A DNA stretch of 64,000 nt from Mayamaea pseudoterrestris. Taxonomy: Eukaryota. A program made the translations under genes and the position numbers. Under the pieces are notes generated by a model, which saw only the letters and a program-made list of their open reading frames with translations, ran no database searches and was not told the DNA's origin. Positions 47,224-57,596 of the stretch are shown in pieces. The number at the start of each line of letters is the position of its first letter. Position 1 is the stretch's first letter. Location: the NCBI GenBank assembly GCA_027923505.1, contig BROI01000009.1:744001-808000 (forward strand), given 5' to 3'.

Positions 47224-47348
47224 AGGCAATAGTAGGAAACGAGTGCCAGTGAAAACTGCGTCATAAGGCAATATTAAAAAACGAGTGCCAGTGAAAACTG
47301 CGTCACAAGGCAATAGTTTGAAACGAGTGCCAGTGAAAACTACGTCAT
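47224..47348 (-). repeat. 42-bp minisatellite array, locus C (3 units)
   Basis: Three AGGCAATA...AAACGAGTGCCAGTGAAAACT(G/A)CGTCA units between the divergent PARN and Cu-ATPase starts. Confidence 0.93.
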
Positions 47349-47506
47349 GCTTATATATGCCTACAACGCCAAGGTGCCAGCGCAAAAAATTGTGCGCGGG
47401 CGTCTTATTCATTCGTCTACTCGCACGTATGTACAGTATGTATTGACCTTACATCTGCATGAGAATAGAGCATAGTAATCAAAGAAGATAGAGAGAATCG
47501 AGAAAT

Positions 47507-48160
47507 ATGCAGAGCAATTTTTTCGGTAGGCTCAACACTCCTCCAGACGACAATCAGCCAGCTGTAGCTGCTGCTTCACTGCAAACGACGGAGACTACTG
47601 TTGCAAACGACAAGGACTTGGAAGAGGCGCAGCAAAACTCGTTGCTGCACATGCAGTATCAATTCGCACTCCATGGCCTGACGTGCAGCGCCTGTTCCGG
47701 AGCCGTTGAGGAAGCTGTCACGACACTTCTCATGGAGAGTTACAACAACAATCAACGCAAGGAGAATGAAGAAGCACCAAGTAACGGCGACGGCCCTCCG
47801 ACGATTCAAGTTTCTCTCTTTCCGGAAGCGACTCTGCGAGTAAAAAATATTCTGAAAGGACTTGTTTCGCCGTATCAAATCATTGAGACGATTCAAGACA
47901 TTGGGTTTGACGCGGAACTCACCAGTGAACAGGCTGCAGACACACTTAACACAGCTGCATCTTCCACTCTGCGAGTCGTTCTGTTTACGTTTACGAATGC
48001 AGAGACTGCTGAAAGGGCGTTTGCATCTTTGACGAAAAATCCCAAGGTTCAAAGCGTTCATCCAGTCGAAGATCAGCCGCAAGAGACCAAGCGAAATTGC
48101 AGTTATTTTGTTTGGAAGCACGAAACGAGTGCCAGTGAAAACTACGTCCCAAGGCAATAG
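47507..48160 (+). pseudogene. Truncated Cu-ATPase N-terminus (HMA domain) fused to minisatellite sequence at the duplication junction
   Basis: Identical to the 57597 gene up to ...YFVWK (48119), then HETSASENYVPRQ* read from the repeat. It keeps GLTCSAC and has no TM segments. Confidence 0.85.
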
Positions 48161-48347
48161 TACGAAACGGGTGCCAGTGATAACTACGTCAAAAGGCAAT
48201 AGTACGAAACGGGTGCCAGTGATAACTACGTCAAAAGGCAATAGTACGAAACGAGTGCCAGTGAAAACTGCGTCACAGGGCAATAGTATGAAACGAGTGC
48301 CAGTGAAAACTGCGTCACTGGGCAAAGGGTCGAAACGTGCGCCAGCG
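48120..48347 (-). repeat. 42-bp minisatellite array (duplicate of locus B)
   Basis: Same units as 38030..38257 at +10,090. Confidence 0.95.
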
Positions 48348-48474
48348 TCGATTCGCAGTTGCGACCATGGGCTTCCCTTGCCAGTTGGGACACTATTCAA
48401 GCTTGCATTTATAGCAACGACAAAAGCATGATAAGCCAGCCATTAAGAACTGCTATTTTACTTACTCATTTTCA

Positions 48475-49275
48475 TTATCCAAACATGTACCACAAGGTAA
48501 AGCCCACGCAAGAAGCAATCACACCCGCGACAATCTTGTCGTCGCGCGATCGCTTTCGCCGAATCTGATCCACCAAATGGTTCAAACCGGGAATGTTAGT
48601 CGTCAATGTGCTCATGAGCGAGTTTGTTCCACGCAACGATCGACCCTGATGGTACAAATCGCTGCGAATTGAATCAGCTTGCCCAAGAACATTCGAGGCA
48701 GCGTTCATAGAATTTTCAATATGATTGCGTTCGCGAAGCAAATGGTCCATGGCTGGATCATGCGATCCGTTGCCTGCCAATGTGGAGCTACTAGCAGCAC
48801 CAGCCATGAGTTCCTGGCGTTCCTTGGTGCGGCGAACCGTCGCCGCGCACTTGTCAAAGTCGCCCTTGGAGTCAAGCAAGATTTCTCGATATCGCTTGAC
48901 GGCGGCTTGATGCTGACTTGTTGAGGCCGACGCATTGAGACGACCGGAAATTAAATCTTGAAGGCGCTGAATGAGTCGTTGAATATCCGACTGGAGGGTG
49001 GCCTCCTCATCCCAAAGAATCGATTGGCCTTCCTCGGCGCGAGCCAAGGAAAGGTTGGCATCCCACTGATTTAATTTTTGCGCCAACTGACAAAATACAA
49101 TGGATAGAAGCAAGATTAAAATTAACGTAGCAAGCGTATGCGATGCGATAAATCAAATGAGTTGCATGTACAGTAAAGTGTCGTAAAGAGTACTTACCTG
49201 TTGGTAGCGCGAAATCTTGTCCTCAAGCTGACGCTCCAGATTGGCGGCTTCGCGCTTCAATTGATCGAACGACAT
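48475..49275 (-). CDS. GOS1: Golgi SNARE GOS1/GOSR1 (copy 2)
   Basis: Identical translation to 38385..39185. Confidence 0.88.
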
Positions 49276-49758
49276 GTCTCCGCCTTCCGACGAATATTCA
49301 CCGATGACTAGCGAGGATGAGGATGGTGGTGCCGATGAATGAGTCGTTTCCAGTCCTCGACGCTGGCGGAGGGCTTCCAAGTGACTCGTCGTGATGGTGG
49401 CGGTTCTTGTTGACGTTGACGCTTGTGCCTCACAATGGAAATTTGCGATAGTTCACGTGCGGAATGATGTTCTGCCTCTGTCTCACTAGCTTGCCAACTG
49501 ACAGAGAGATCTATTTGCTAGTAAAGTTGGTAGCGAAGATGGAAAGGGGCGACTGCATGCATGATGATGCGATGACCATACCTTCCCTTGTCGTACCGGC
49601 AGCGACATTTCAGACGCGAAATGGGTCGTGCATCCCACGCGCAGTTCACATGAACCTGCTGAATCGACCCAATTGATGCCCAGGCAACTTTCTCCTTCCG
49701 TCGCTTCGTCGTCCAGATTACATATTGACCAAGCGAAAGATTCACAATACGTACGAAC

Positions 49759-51794
49759 ATGATGATGAAATCTTTTACGCTGCTGGTAGCGTTGCAGAAT
49801 ATATTTTGCAGCACAGCAACTGCATCGTCAGACGGGGCAGATGCCGTCTACAGACCGCCGCTGTTTACCCTCTCGGATCTTCGGAATGGCCATCGGCTGG
49901 ATGAACTGCGTTCGGTTATGAGCACGACGGGTTTGCTGCAAGTCTCGTTGGAAGAAAGTGACGTATCATCAGCGGGACTGGAGGTTCTCTGTCAATGCTC
50001 GAGCGTACTGTCTAAGGTTCCTGGAGTTGACTCGGTTACTTTAGCCGACGATTCGACGAGACGAACCTCGCTAGGTACGGCGACGGTTGGGAGTCGACCA
50101 TTGCCGCTGCCGGAGGAATTGAGTAATGTCTGCGGGTCGGATGCAGTGATTTCAATGGAAGCAATACGCGATGAAGTTGCACTTGCTGCCGATGTTTTTC
50201 AAGCGGCATGGGATGGATTACTGCAGAGCGATTCCTCGTCGTTTAGAAAGTCAATGCCATTGCTAAAGAATAAGAATGGAATTGTATACGAATCGATGCA
50301 GCAGATCTCGCAAGCTTCGACGCACTTGGAGCACTTTCATTTATATGCCAAGCTTGGCGAACAGCATGAACAAGAAGAGCCAGCCTTTGCCCTCGACTGG
50401 CACACTGACGCTGGCTTGTTTCTAGCCTTTGTTCCAGCGCATAGTTGCGATGTTGATGGTCCAGAAGATGACTCATTTTATATCATGGATACCTTTGATA
50501 ATCATCGAAAGAATGTCAAGTTTCATCCCAACGCCGTTGCAATCATGCTCGGCACTGGAGCGGAACATTGGCTGAACAATACAGTTTTGCGACACAAGGC
50601 AGCCCGGCATGCGGTGCAAATGCGCCCAGGACAGTCCAGAGCGTGGTATGGAATGAGTAAGTTGCTAATTGGATTGCAGTAATAGTTTGTTGAACGTACA
50701 GAGTGAATGAAATTGACATGTCATCATTTGCTTCTTTGTGCACAGTGCACCTCGTACCAGATGGTGCTATAATTCAGTCATCTCCGGAACAAACCTTTGG
50801 CGATATGAAACAGAGCATGCGATATAACAAGGATCGCGGTTATTTGGAATCAGAAGGCGTTTCGATTGGCTGTGGTAGTGAGAGTGTGGAACCTCTCGAC
50901 GCTGCGATACAGTCGCTCGAATCATCTTCGATCCAAAGCACTGACCGACGACGACTCCAGCACGTTCAAAACGCGGACGCCTGCAACAACTCGACCAACT
51001 TCTTTTGCTGGATGCAGTGCCTCGAAGTACCCGACTTTAAGCAAGCCGAAGGCTATTTGCGGGAAGGGTATTCGCTGTATTGTTTAGATCCAGCCACACT
51101 GGCAGCTTCCAGCAACCGCGTGTCGGCCGCTGTGGAGCCTTGCCAAGACGGTTACGTCCACAACGCATACTGCACTGGTTCATGGCAACCAACCGCCCCG
51201 GGTGTGACTGCCATTCCAGTGGCGACAAATGCATCGTCGCCATCATTGACTAATGAGCAATGGTGCTACGGAGCAACTTCCATGTATATGGACGGCTTTC
51301 ACTGGCGCAATAGTGTTTGTGTCATTTACTTGTTTCCGCAGTGGATATTGTCGACACCGGGCAAGGTTGTTGGAGCAAGCATTGGGACGTTGGCATTTGG
51401 CGTTGGTTTGGAAAAGACGATTCACCACCGCCGACTTGTAGTTACCTCCATGAAGGCTGGTTACTATCGATTAGCAGCGTCAGCCTTTCTATACGCCTTT
51501 CAGTTGACCATGGGGTACTTGCTGATGCTCATTATTATGACATACTCTGGTCCATTGTTTCTTTGTGTAATACTTGGTTTGGTTGGCGGACACGTCTTGT
51601 TCAACGCCAAGGACGCACTGCTGGTGCCAAAGGGCGACGTTTGCGCTGCCAGGGAATGCGCCGAGGAGTGTCCACAAGATTGCCGCACCGAAGATAGTGA
51701 AATAGTCAAGGGATGCCCATGCGAACAAATTGAGGAGAATCAACGTGCTGGTGTTCCGGAGGGGATTACTCCGTGCTGCCAGAATACCCTGTAG
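49759..51794 (+). CDS. 2OG-Fe(II) oxygenase-like / CTR copper transporter fusion (copy 2)
   Basis: Identical to 39669..41704; intron 50657..50745. Confidence 0.8.
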
Positions 51795-52282
51795 TTGGGA
51801 ATATATATACATAGTTACTTTTAGAAGCGTTACCATACGATATGCTTGGTGTCTGACCCCTTGACTATCCAGTTAGCTACTCTATAGGATGTTTACATGC
51901 CTGGACCTAAATGAGGCGACCATCGCCAAAGAAGTTACTCCTTCACAATCGTCTTCAACACTTCGCACCTCAGCTTTCGATCGTGCATGAGTCAACGTCG
52001 CACCGCTCGGCCAGTGCCGGCTTGCGCGCAAGGTCATCAACAGTCGTCGCAGCGACAAAAGGTCGTGCGAGCAGGCATGCAACTTCCAAGTCGAGCAGTT
52101 CTTGTCGATGCTGTTATAATAAGAGAGAAAGTGAGAGATTGATTGATACAGTTAACCTACTAGTGAACGCGGAAGCAGCAATCAGCCGAGTAATCAATCA
52201 TTGCAGCTGCTGACTTGCTGTCCACTGATTGCCATACGCTATCGCTCGAGTCTACTTTTATCATCAACCAGATTAGACGACG

Positions 52283-54805
52283 ATGAAACTCCTAGACCGT
52301 CTCCGAGGAGGCAGCGCCAAGAAGGAAAGCAAATCAGACGAGTTATTGCTGCTGCAGCATCAACCAACAACAACATTTGAAGACATTCCTTCCTCGCCAG
52401 ATACGTCGCCTGCAACAACCGAAGACTTGTCGCCGCGCAATCACCACGAGAATGGCGGAGAAACCGACGAAAGTTATCCAAAGAGTCCTAAAGAAGGCAC
52501 AAGCGGCAAGCATCATAATCAGCAACAATTTTCCTGGGGTTTGCGACGGAAACGCAAGGATGAGTCGCCGGTGCAGCAGGATTTGGTTGGTTGCAATAGC
52601 AGGAATCTTAATCAACCAACACTGTCCGTTCCCAATACTCCGCAGAATCGCGACATTTACATTGAGGACGATCATGGCAGCCAGAAATCACTGCTTCAGA
52701 CACCATTGGATGATTCGGCTGCCTTGCCGCAGCAACGATCGTCTCATTTAAAGGCAAAGAATTTGTTTGTCTCGACGATTGCGCCGGTTGTGGAACTTCC
52801 GTCTACGAAAGCTGCTTCGGTGTTTGCGAGACTTGCTCATCCTGCGAGTCAAAAGTCGACAGATGCAACTGAAGACGAAACTTACGACGAAGCTGCTTGG
52901 GATTATGATTTAGACATCCCTCTGTTCGTCGATGAGGAAGACTTTCCGGTTATTCATCGCATTCTCATGATGCAGACACCCAAACGATTGGTGCTGCCTA
53001 AACCAAGCCCATCCAACTCGCACGAGCAGGACAGTGAGCGCAACATTGTAGCTCGCGCCGTGGCTGCTTTGGATAAGGCGGGTAATGACCTTTTTGCGCA
53101 AGGACGCTATGAAGATGCCTACCTGCGGTATGAGCGGGCGCTATTGTTGAAGAAGCGCACGTTGGAAGTGGACGAGCAAGAGAATGGGGAGCATGATGAA
53201 CAATTAGTGCATGCCGCAAATGGCACGGGTAAATTAAATTCAGCTTCACTGAATACGATAAATGAACTGGAGCAGGCGCAAATGAATGCAAAGGCTGCCA
53301 ATAGTAAGGAGCAAAAGGCGACGATTCTCGCATCGGTTGCCACTTCAATCAACAATATTACCTATATTAAGCAACGCACTGGACAAGCCACGACGGAAGA
53401 AACAATGGCATCGTACTTGAAAAGTCTACAGATTAAGCGAGACATCTTGGGACCAGATCACTTGTCGGTTGGAAAAACGCTCAACAATATTGGGAGCGTT
53501 TTTTACTTGAAGCGCGAGTACGAACCGGCGCTGACTGCCTACAAGGATGCATATCGCATTATGGAACAAGCGTTGGGTGTGGATCATTTGGATGTTGGCA
53601 CGGTGGTGTCCAATGTTGGTGATGTTTACTTTGCACTGGGCGACAAGGCGCAAGCATTGGAGCATTATAATCGTGCGCTCGATGTACGATGGTCCAAGTT
53701 GAAATCGCAGGACCAAAAGGTGGTACGGTTGATGCAGCAAGTAGCGCTGCTCGAGACGGGTGTGCAGCCGAGCATGGATGCTTTGGCCAAGGAAGGTGTG
53801 AGTGATCCTGCTGAAACTGAAGTAATTCGAGAAATGGAGCGGCACCAGATGTCAGTCTTTATCGAGGATATACAGAAGCTGCAAGAGGAAGTCAAGGACG
53901 ATATGCGATATTTCGATTTGGCCGAGCGGCAGTTGGAGATCGACATGGTGAAGGACCGCATGCGCATTTTCCGGGAGATGCGCGAAATATACAATGCATC
54001 CGAAGATGATTTCAATATTGAGGATTCACTCCGCGAGTCAATGAAAATTATACCCGGTCTTGCCGCACAGTTGAAACGGGTGCAGAATCACGAGTATGAT
54101 GATGTATATCGCGAACCGCTGGACAATCCAGATGCCATTGATGAAGCTCCAGTTGTGCAAAGTGACGGCAAAGTGCAAATAGACTCTGCAATTAATGGAA
54201 TGTATTCGGGTGGTGACAAGGAATCAGAGACGACAAAAACTGACGATGCAATACAACCAGGCAGCGCATACAGCGAGATTGTTTTGGCTACACCCCAAAA
54301 GGGTGCACCTTTGATGGAAGTGGCGTGTGGGATAGCAGAAACCGACAGACAGGTAGAAAATGAGCATCCGCAAACTATACCAATTCCTGTATCAATGTCC
54401 GGAACCCTGCCGACACCAGAATCATCATTCGGAATGGGATCGGTGTTGCAGAACGCAAATGATGGTGTAAAAGGAGATGTTGCGACGACACGATCTTCGG
54501 AGGATAGTTTAGTCAAAGCAAACACTTTGGAGGATCGCAAAGCGGCTTTGAACGATGTTAGAAATCGGTTGGATCGATTGAGACGGGAGAGAGATCAAAG
54601 AGTCACATGGGAGGTCAAGGAGCGCTTAGAAGCGAGTGAGCCTCCACAGGAGACGAAGCGGCGGTCTTACATGTTCCCCACAATTGCCTCTGCCGCGAAA
54701 GCAATGACGCCGAAGAAACTACGGAGAGTGCACAGCGGCTTCTATTGGAACAGAAAGAGTACTCCGAAAAATCAGCCTAGCATACCAACCACGGCCGAGG
54801 AGTGA
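52283..54805 (+). CDS. TPR protein (copy 2)
   Basis: Identical translation to 42193..44715. Confidence 0.85.
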   Translation: MKLLDRLRGGSAKKESKSDELLLLQHQPTTTFEDIPSSPDTSPATTEDLSPRNHHENGGETDESYPKSPKEGTSGKHHNQQQFSWGLRRKRKDESPVQQDLVGCNSRNLNQPTLSVPNTPQNRDIYIEDDHGSQKSLLQTPLDDSAALPQQRSSHLKAKNLFVSTIAPVVELPSTKAASVFARLAHPASQKSTDATEDETYDEAAWDYDLDIPLFVDEEDFPVIHRILMMQTPKRLVLPKPSPSNSHEQDSERNIVARAVAALDKAGNDLFAQGRYEDAYLRYERALLLKKRTLEVDEQENGEHDEQLVHAANGTGKLNSASLNTINELEQAQMNAKAANSKEQKATILASVATSINNITYIKQRTGQATTEETMASYLKSLQIKRDILGPDHLSVGKTLNNIGSVFYLKREYEPALTAYKDAYRIMEQALGVDHLDVGTVVSNVGDVYFALGDKAQALEHYNRALDVRWSKLKSQDQKVVRLMQQVALLETGVQPSMDALAKEGVSDPAETEVIREMERHQMSVFIEDIQKLQEEVKDDMRYFDLAERQLEIDMVKDRMRIFREMREIYNASEDDFNIEDSLRESMKIIPGLAAQLKRVQNHEYDDVYREPLDNPDAIDEAPVVQSDGKVQIDSAINGMYSGGDKESETTKTDDAIQPGSAYSEIVLATPQKGAPLMEVACGIAETDRQVENEHPQTIPIPVSMSGTLPTPESSFGMGSVLQNANDGVKGDVATTRSSEDSLVKANTLEDRKAALNDVRNRLDRLRRERDQRVTWEVKERLEASEPPQETKRRSYMFPTIASAAKAMTPKKLRRVHSGFYWNRKSTPKNQPSIPTTAEE

Positions 54806-54948
54806 AAAGCCAACAGTTATTGGGTCTTGTATATTATGTAGCACAGTCTTTTTATATCAAAACCTTGTGCAGCTTTTTAGTACGCTTCTTATTAGATTGA
54901 TATAATAGTATGTAAGGGAAGTTACGTCTGACTACCGGTCGCAACACG

Positions 54949-57153
54949 CTAATTGTTCCGACGGCGCTTACCTACGCGAGCAGCTACATCAACGTCGTCC
55001 GCCTTCCGTTTTGCCGGAAATCCAAGCATAGACGAAACTTTGTCAATTGTCCAACCAATCCAGCCAAGCTGCTCGTCGTTGGCAGTCTCTAGGGCGTGAA
55101 AATGTTCATCGAGGCTTACCACCTTTTCTTGTTTTGAGAAACGTGTCTGGAGCGCCTGCTTAATGATGTTGCCGTGATCCTGGAGTAGTGCGGCCGCATC
55201 ATTACCGGTAGATCCGTTGCTGGACGCATCACGACGAACGACCGCCGCAACAATGAATGTAGTGTCGTCTACCCAGACAATGTTAAATTCAACTTTTCGT
55301 CCTGATGCATCTGACAAGTCAGAGCAGCAGCGAACAATATCACGTGTGGCAACTGAAGGGTCGATTCCGCTCACATGATAAGCTGCACTGGAGATCATTC
55401 CACGTTTGAGTGCATCAGCTAAAGAGTTCTGAAGATCCAATGTAAACATGGACATTTGAAAAATCTTGTTGCGGCCAAAGTACTCGCGTTGATCGCATGC
55501 GAGCGCCAGTGGGTATTCGCTGTCGCCTTGCAAATGCATCATGTCGCCAAGAATTGGATTGGAGTTCATCGCACCTTCAGACCGTTCCCGAACAATGTGC
55601 TTGCAAAGTCCAATGTAGATCGACCCAGTCATGAACGCGTCGTACGCCGCTTCGTGTTCCTGCTGTGAATCTTCTCGTGTTATAATGCTTTTCAACACCG
55701 ATGGGTTTTCGCGAACCACGCCATTGTATAAGTTTGACAGATTAGTCTGCTCGTTTGTCCAAACAGCAGTGTGCTCCGTTGAGATCACCTTGGTATCGTA
55801 AACGACTGGGAAGTAGCTCGTGATCATTTCCTTGCAAACAGTGAGTGAGTCTGGGAGCGTCGGCGAAGCAAAGTGCGTCATGAGAAACAAGATATCCATA
55901 AACCCATTGTGAACAACAAGTGGCACTCTTCGTCCCTGCCACGCTGGTTCAACCGCATCAAAATCGACAGTGTCAAAGGATGGCGCAAACAAGGGTGACT
56001 GCATCGAGAGCGGTGCACCGCGACATGCTCGCGACAGCGCTTCAAACACCCTCCACATGCCGACATTCAAAATCATCTTGCTCCAAGCCTCGCGCTGAAG
56101 TTTCACCTTGCGCTCCGCCTTTTCCAACTCGGAAAGACGCAACACGCGAATGTGCCCTCCTCCGCCATTTTCCAAAATCAAGTCGGGGTACTCTCGCTCG
56201 ATATTTTCGTACAGCGCCCGCCGCAAAAATGCATTGCAGGAGGGCAGCAATAGCGTCGTGGTAGACTGGTTGAACATTCCACCATTGTCGAGCCATTCTC
56301 GCAAGGTTGCCATGGTGGTCGCAAAAAATCGAACGTCATCCGTTCGAGTCAGTTCCACGGTACGGCGCAAGGTTTGCTCCACTGACTGGGATGATCGCTT
56401 GGTTTGCTGTTGCTGCTGCTCCTCTTGGTGCTTGATTGCATAATCGGCAATGATTTGCTCTGCCCGGTCGCCTGTAACGTAATTAACGCCTTGCTTGGTC
56501 CACAGGTCAAAGCTCATATTGTGCTCGTTCAAAAAGGCAACGCTGGATGGATTGAGAACAACCTCTCTCGAAGCAGAAGCATCATCCCAGCGAGCTGACG
56601 ACGACGGAAACATGTAAAAGTTGTAGGAGCGAACAGTCCATGTAGGTTCCGTAGCATCAATGGCTTGATTCGCCGATGGCAGAGTCTTGGCCGCAGCAGC
56701 AACAGCAGCTGCAACATCGTCCTCCATTTGTCCTTCCTCTTCCTCGTCATCGCTGGGCGCCTCTGCTTTGACCGGAGACGCCACTATATTCGAATGAAAC
56801 AATGAAACTCCTAATTGTATAATGCTGTATCGTTCCGGCGCTCGTTTGAGGTCAGGATATGTAATTTTGGGCGGCAAATCTTTGCGGGGTGGACCACGAC
56901 GTGATCCGTTTGGAACTTGAATACCTGTCATTTCCTCGTCAATCGCGACAAAAGCAGCCGTCTGCAAATGATGAATCAAATCATTCGATTGCTGTGGAAG
57001 CAGAATGTAGACAACAAGTGTAAGTTTACAGCAAAGTCGGACAATTACTGCAAGCGCAATTGTTCGTTCTAAAGTCATTGCATCAAATTTCATCGAGCAC
57101 TAGCTGCAGCAACCTCATACCTCGATAAAATTCTCCTTGGTTACGTTCACCAT
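54949..57153 (-). CDS. PARN: PARN-like CAF1 ribonuclease (copy 2)
   Basis: Identical to 44859..47063. Confidence 0.9.
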
Positions 57154-57313
57154 CTTGTGCTGGCTGTATAGTCTACGACTATGGATGCAGGCAGGATTCT
57201 CAGATGTGAGTAGCGGGTCCAACCACTCCGCTTTGGATCGTCGCATCGAAAATCCTCCCGGGCTTACCGTTACGACTTGCCTAGGGGTACTCTTTGTCAA
57301 ACAGTATTTAATT

Positions 57314-57438
57314 AGGCAATAGTAGGAAACGAGTGCCAGTGAAAACTGCGTCATAAGGCAATATTAAAAAACGAGTGCCAGTGAAAACTGCGTCACAAGG
57401 CAATAGTTTGAAACGAGTGCCAGTGAAAACTACGTCAT
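57314..57438 (-). repeat. 42-bp minisatellite array (duplicate of locus C)
   Basis: Same as 47224..47348 at +10,090. Confidence 0.93.
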
Positions 57439-57596
57439 GCTTATATATGCCTACAACGCCAAGGTGCCAGCGCAAAAAATTGTGCGCGGGCGTCTTATTC
57501 ATTCGTCTACTCGCACGTATGTACAGTATGTATTGACCTTACATCTGCATGAGAATAGAGCATAGTAATCAAAGAAGATAGAGAGAATCGAGAAAT

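Larger units (their letters stand above)
38030..48119 (+). repeat. 10,090-bp tandem segmental duplication, copy 1
   Basis: All ORFs from 38039 onward recur at +10,090 with identical translations, apart from those crossing the junction. The junction has 2-bp GC microhomology. Confidence 0.97.

Noticed and set aside
47420..47440. GTAC cores upstream of the Cu-ATPase and CTR as copper-response elements
   Set aside because: A 4-bp motif is expected by chance, and the CuRE/CRR1 system is established in green algae and plants, not here.
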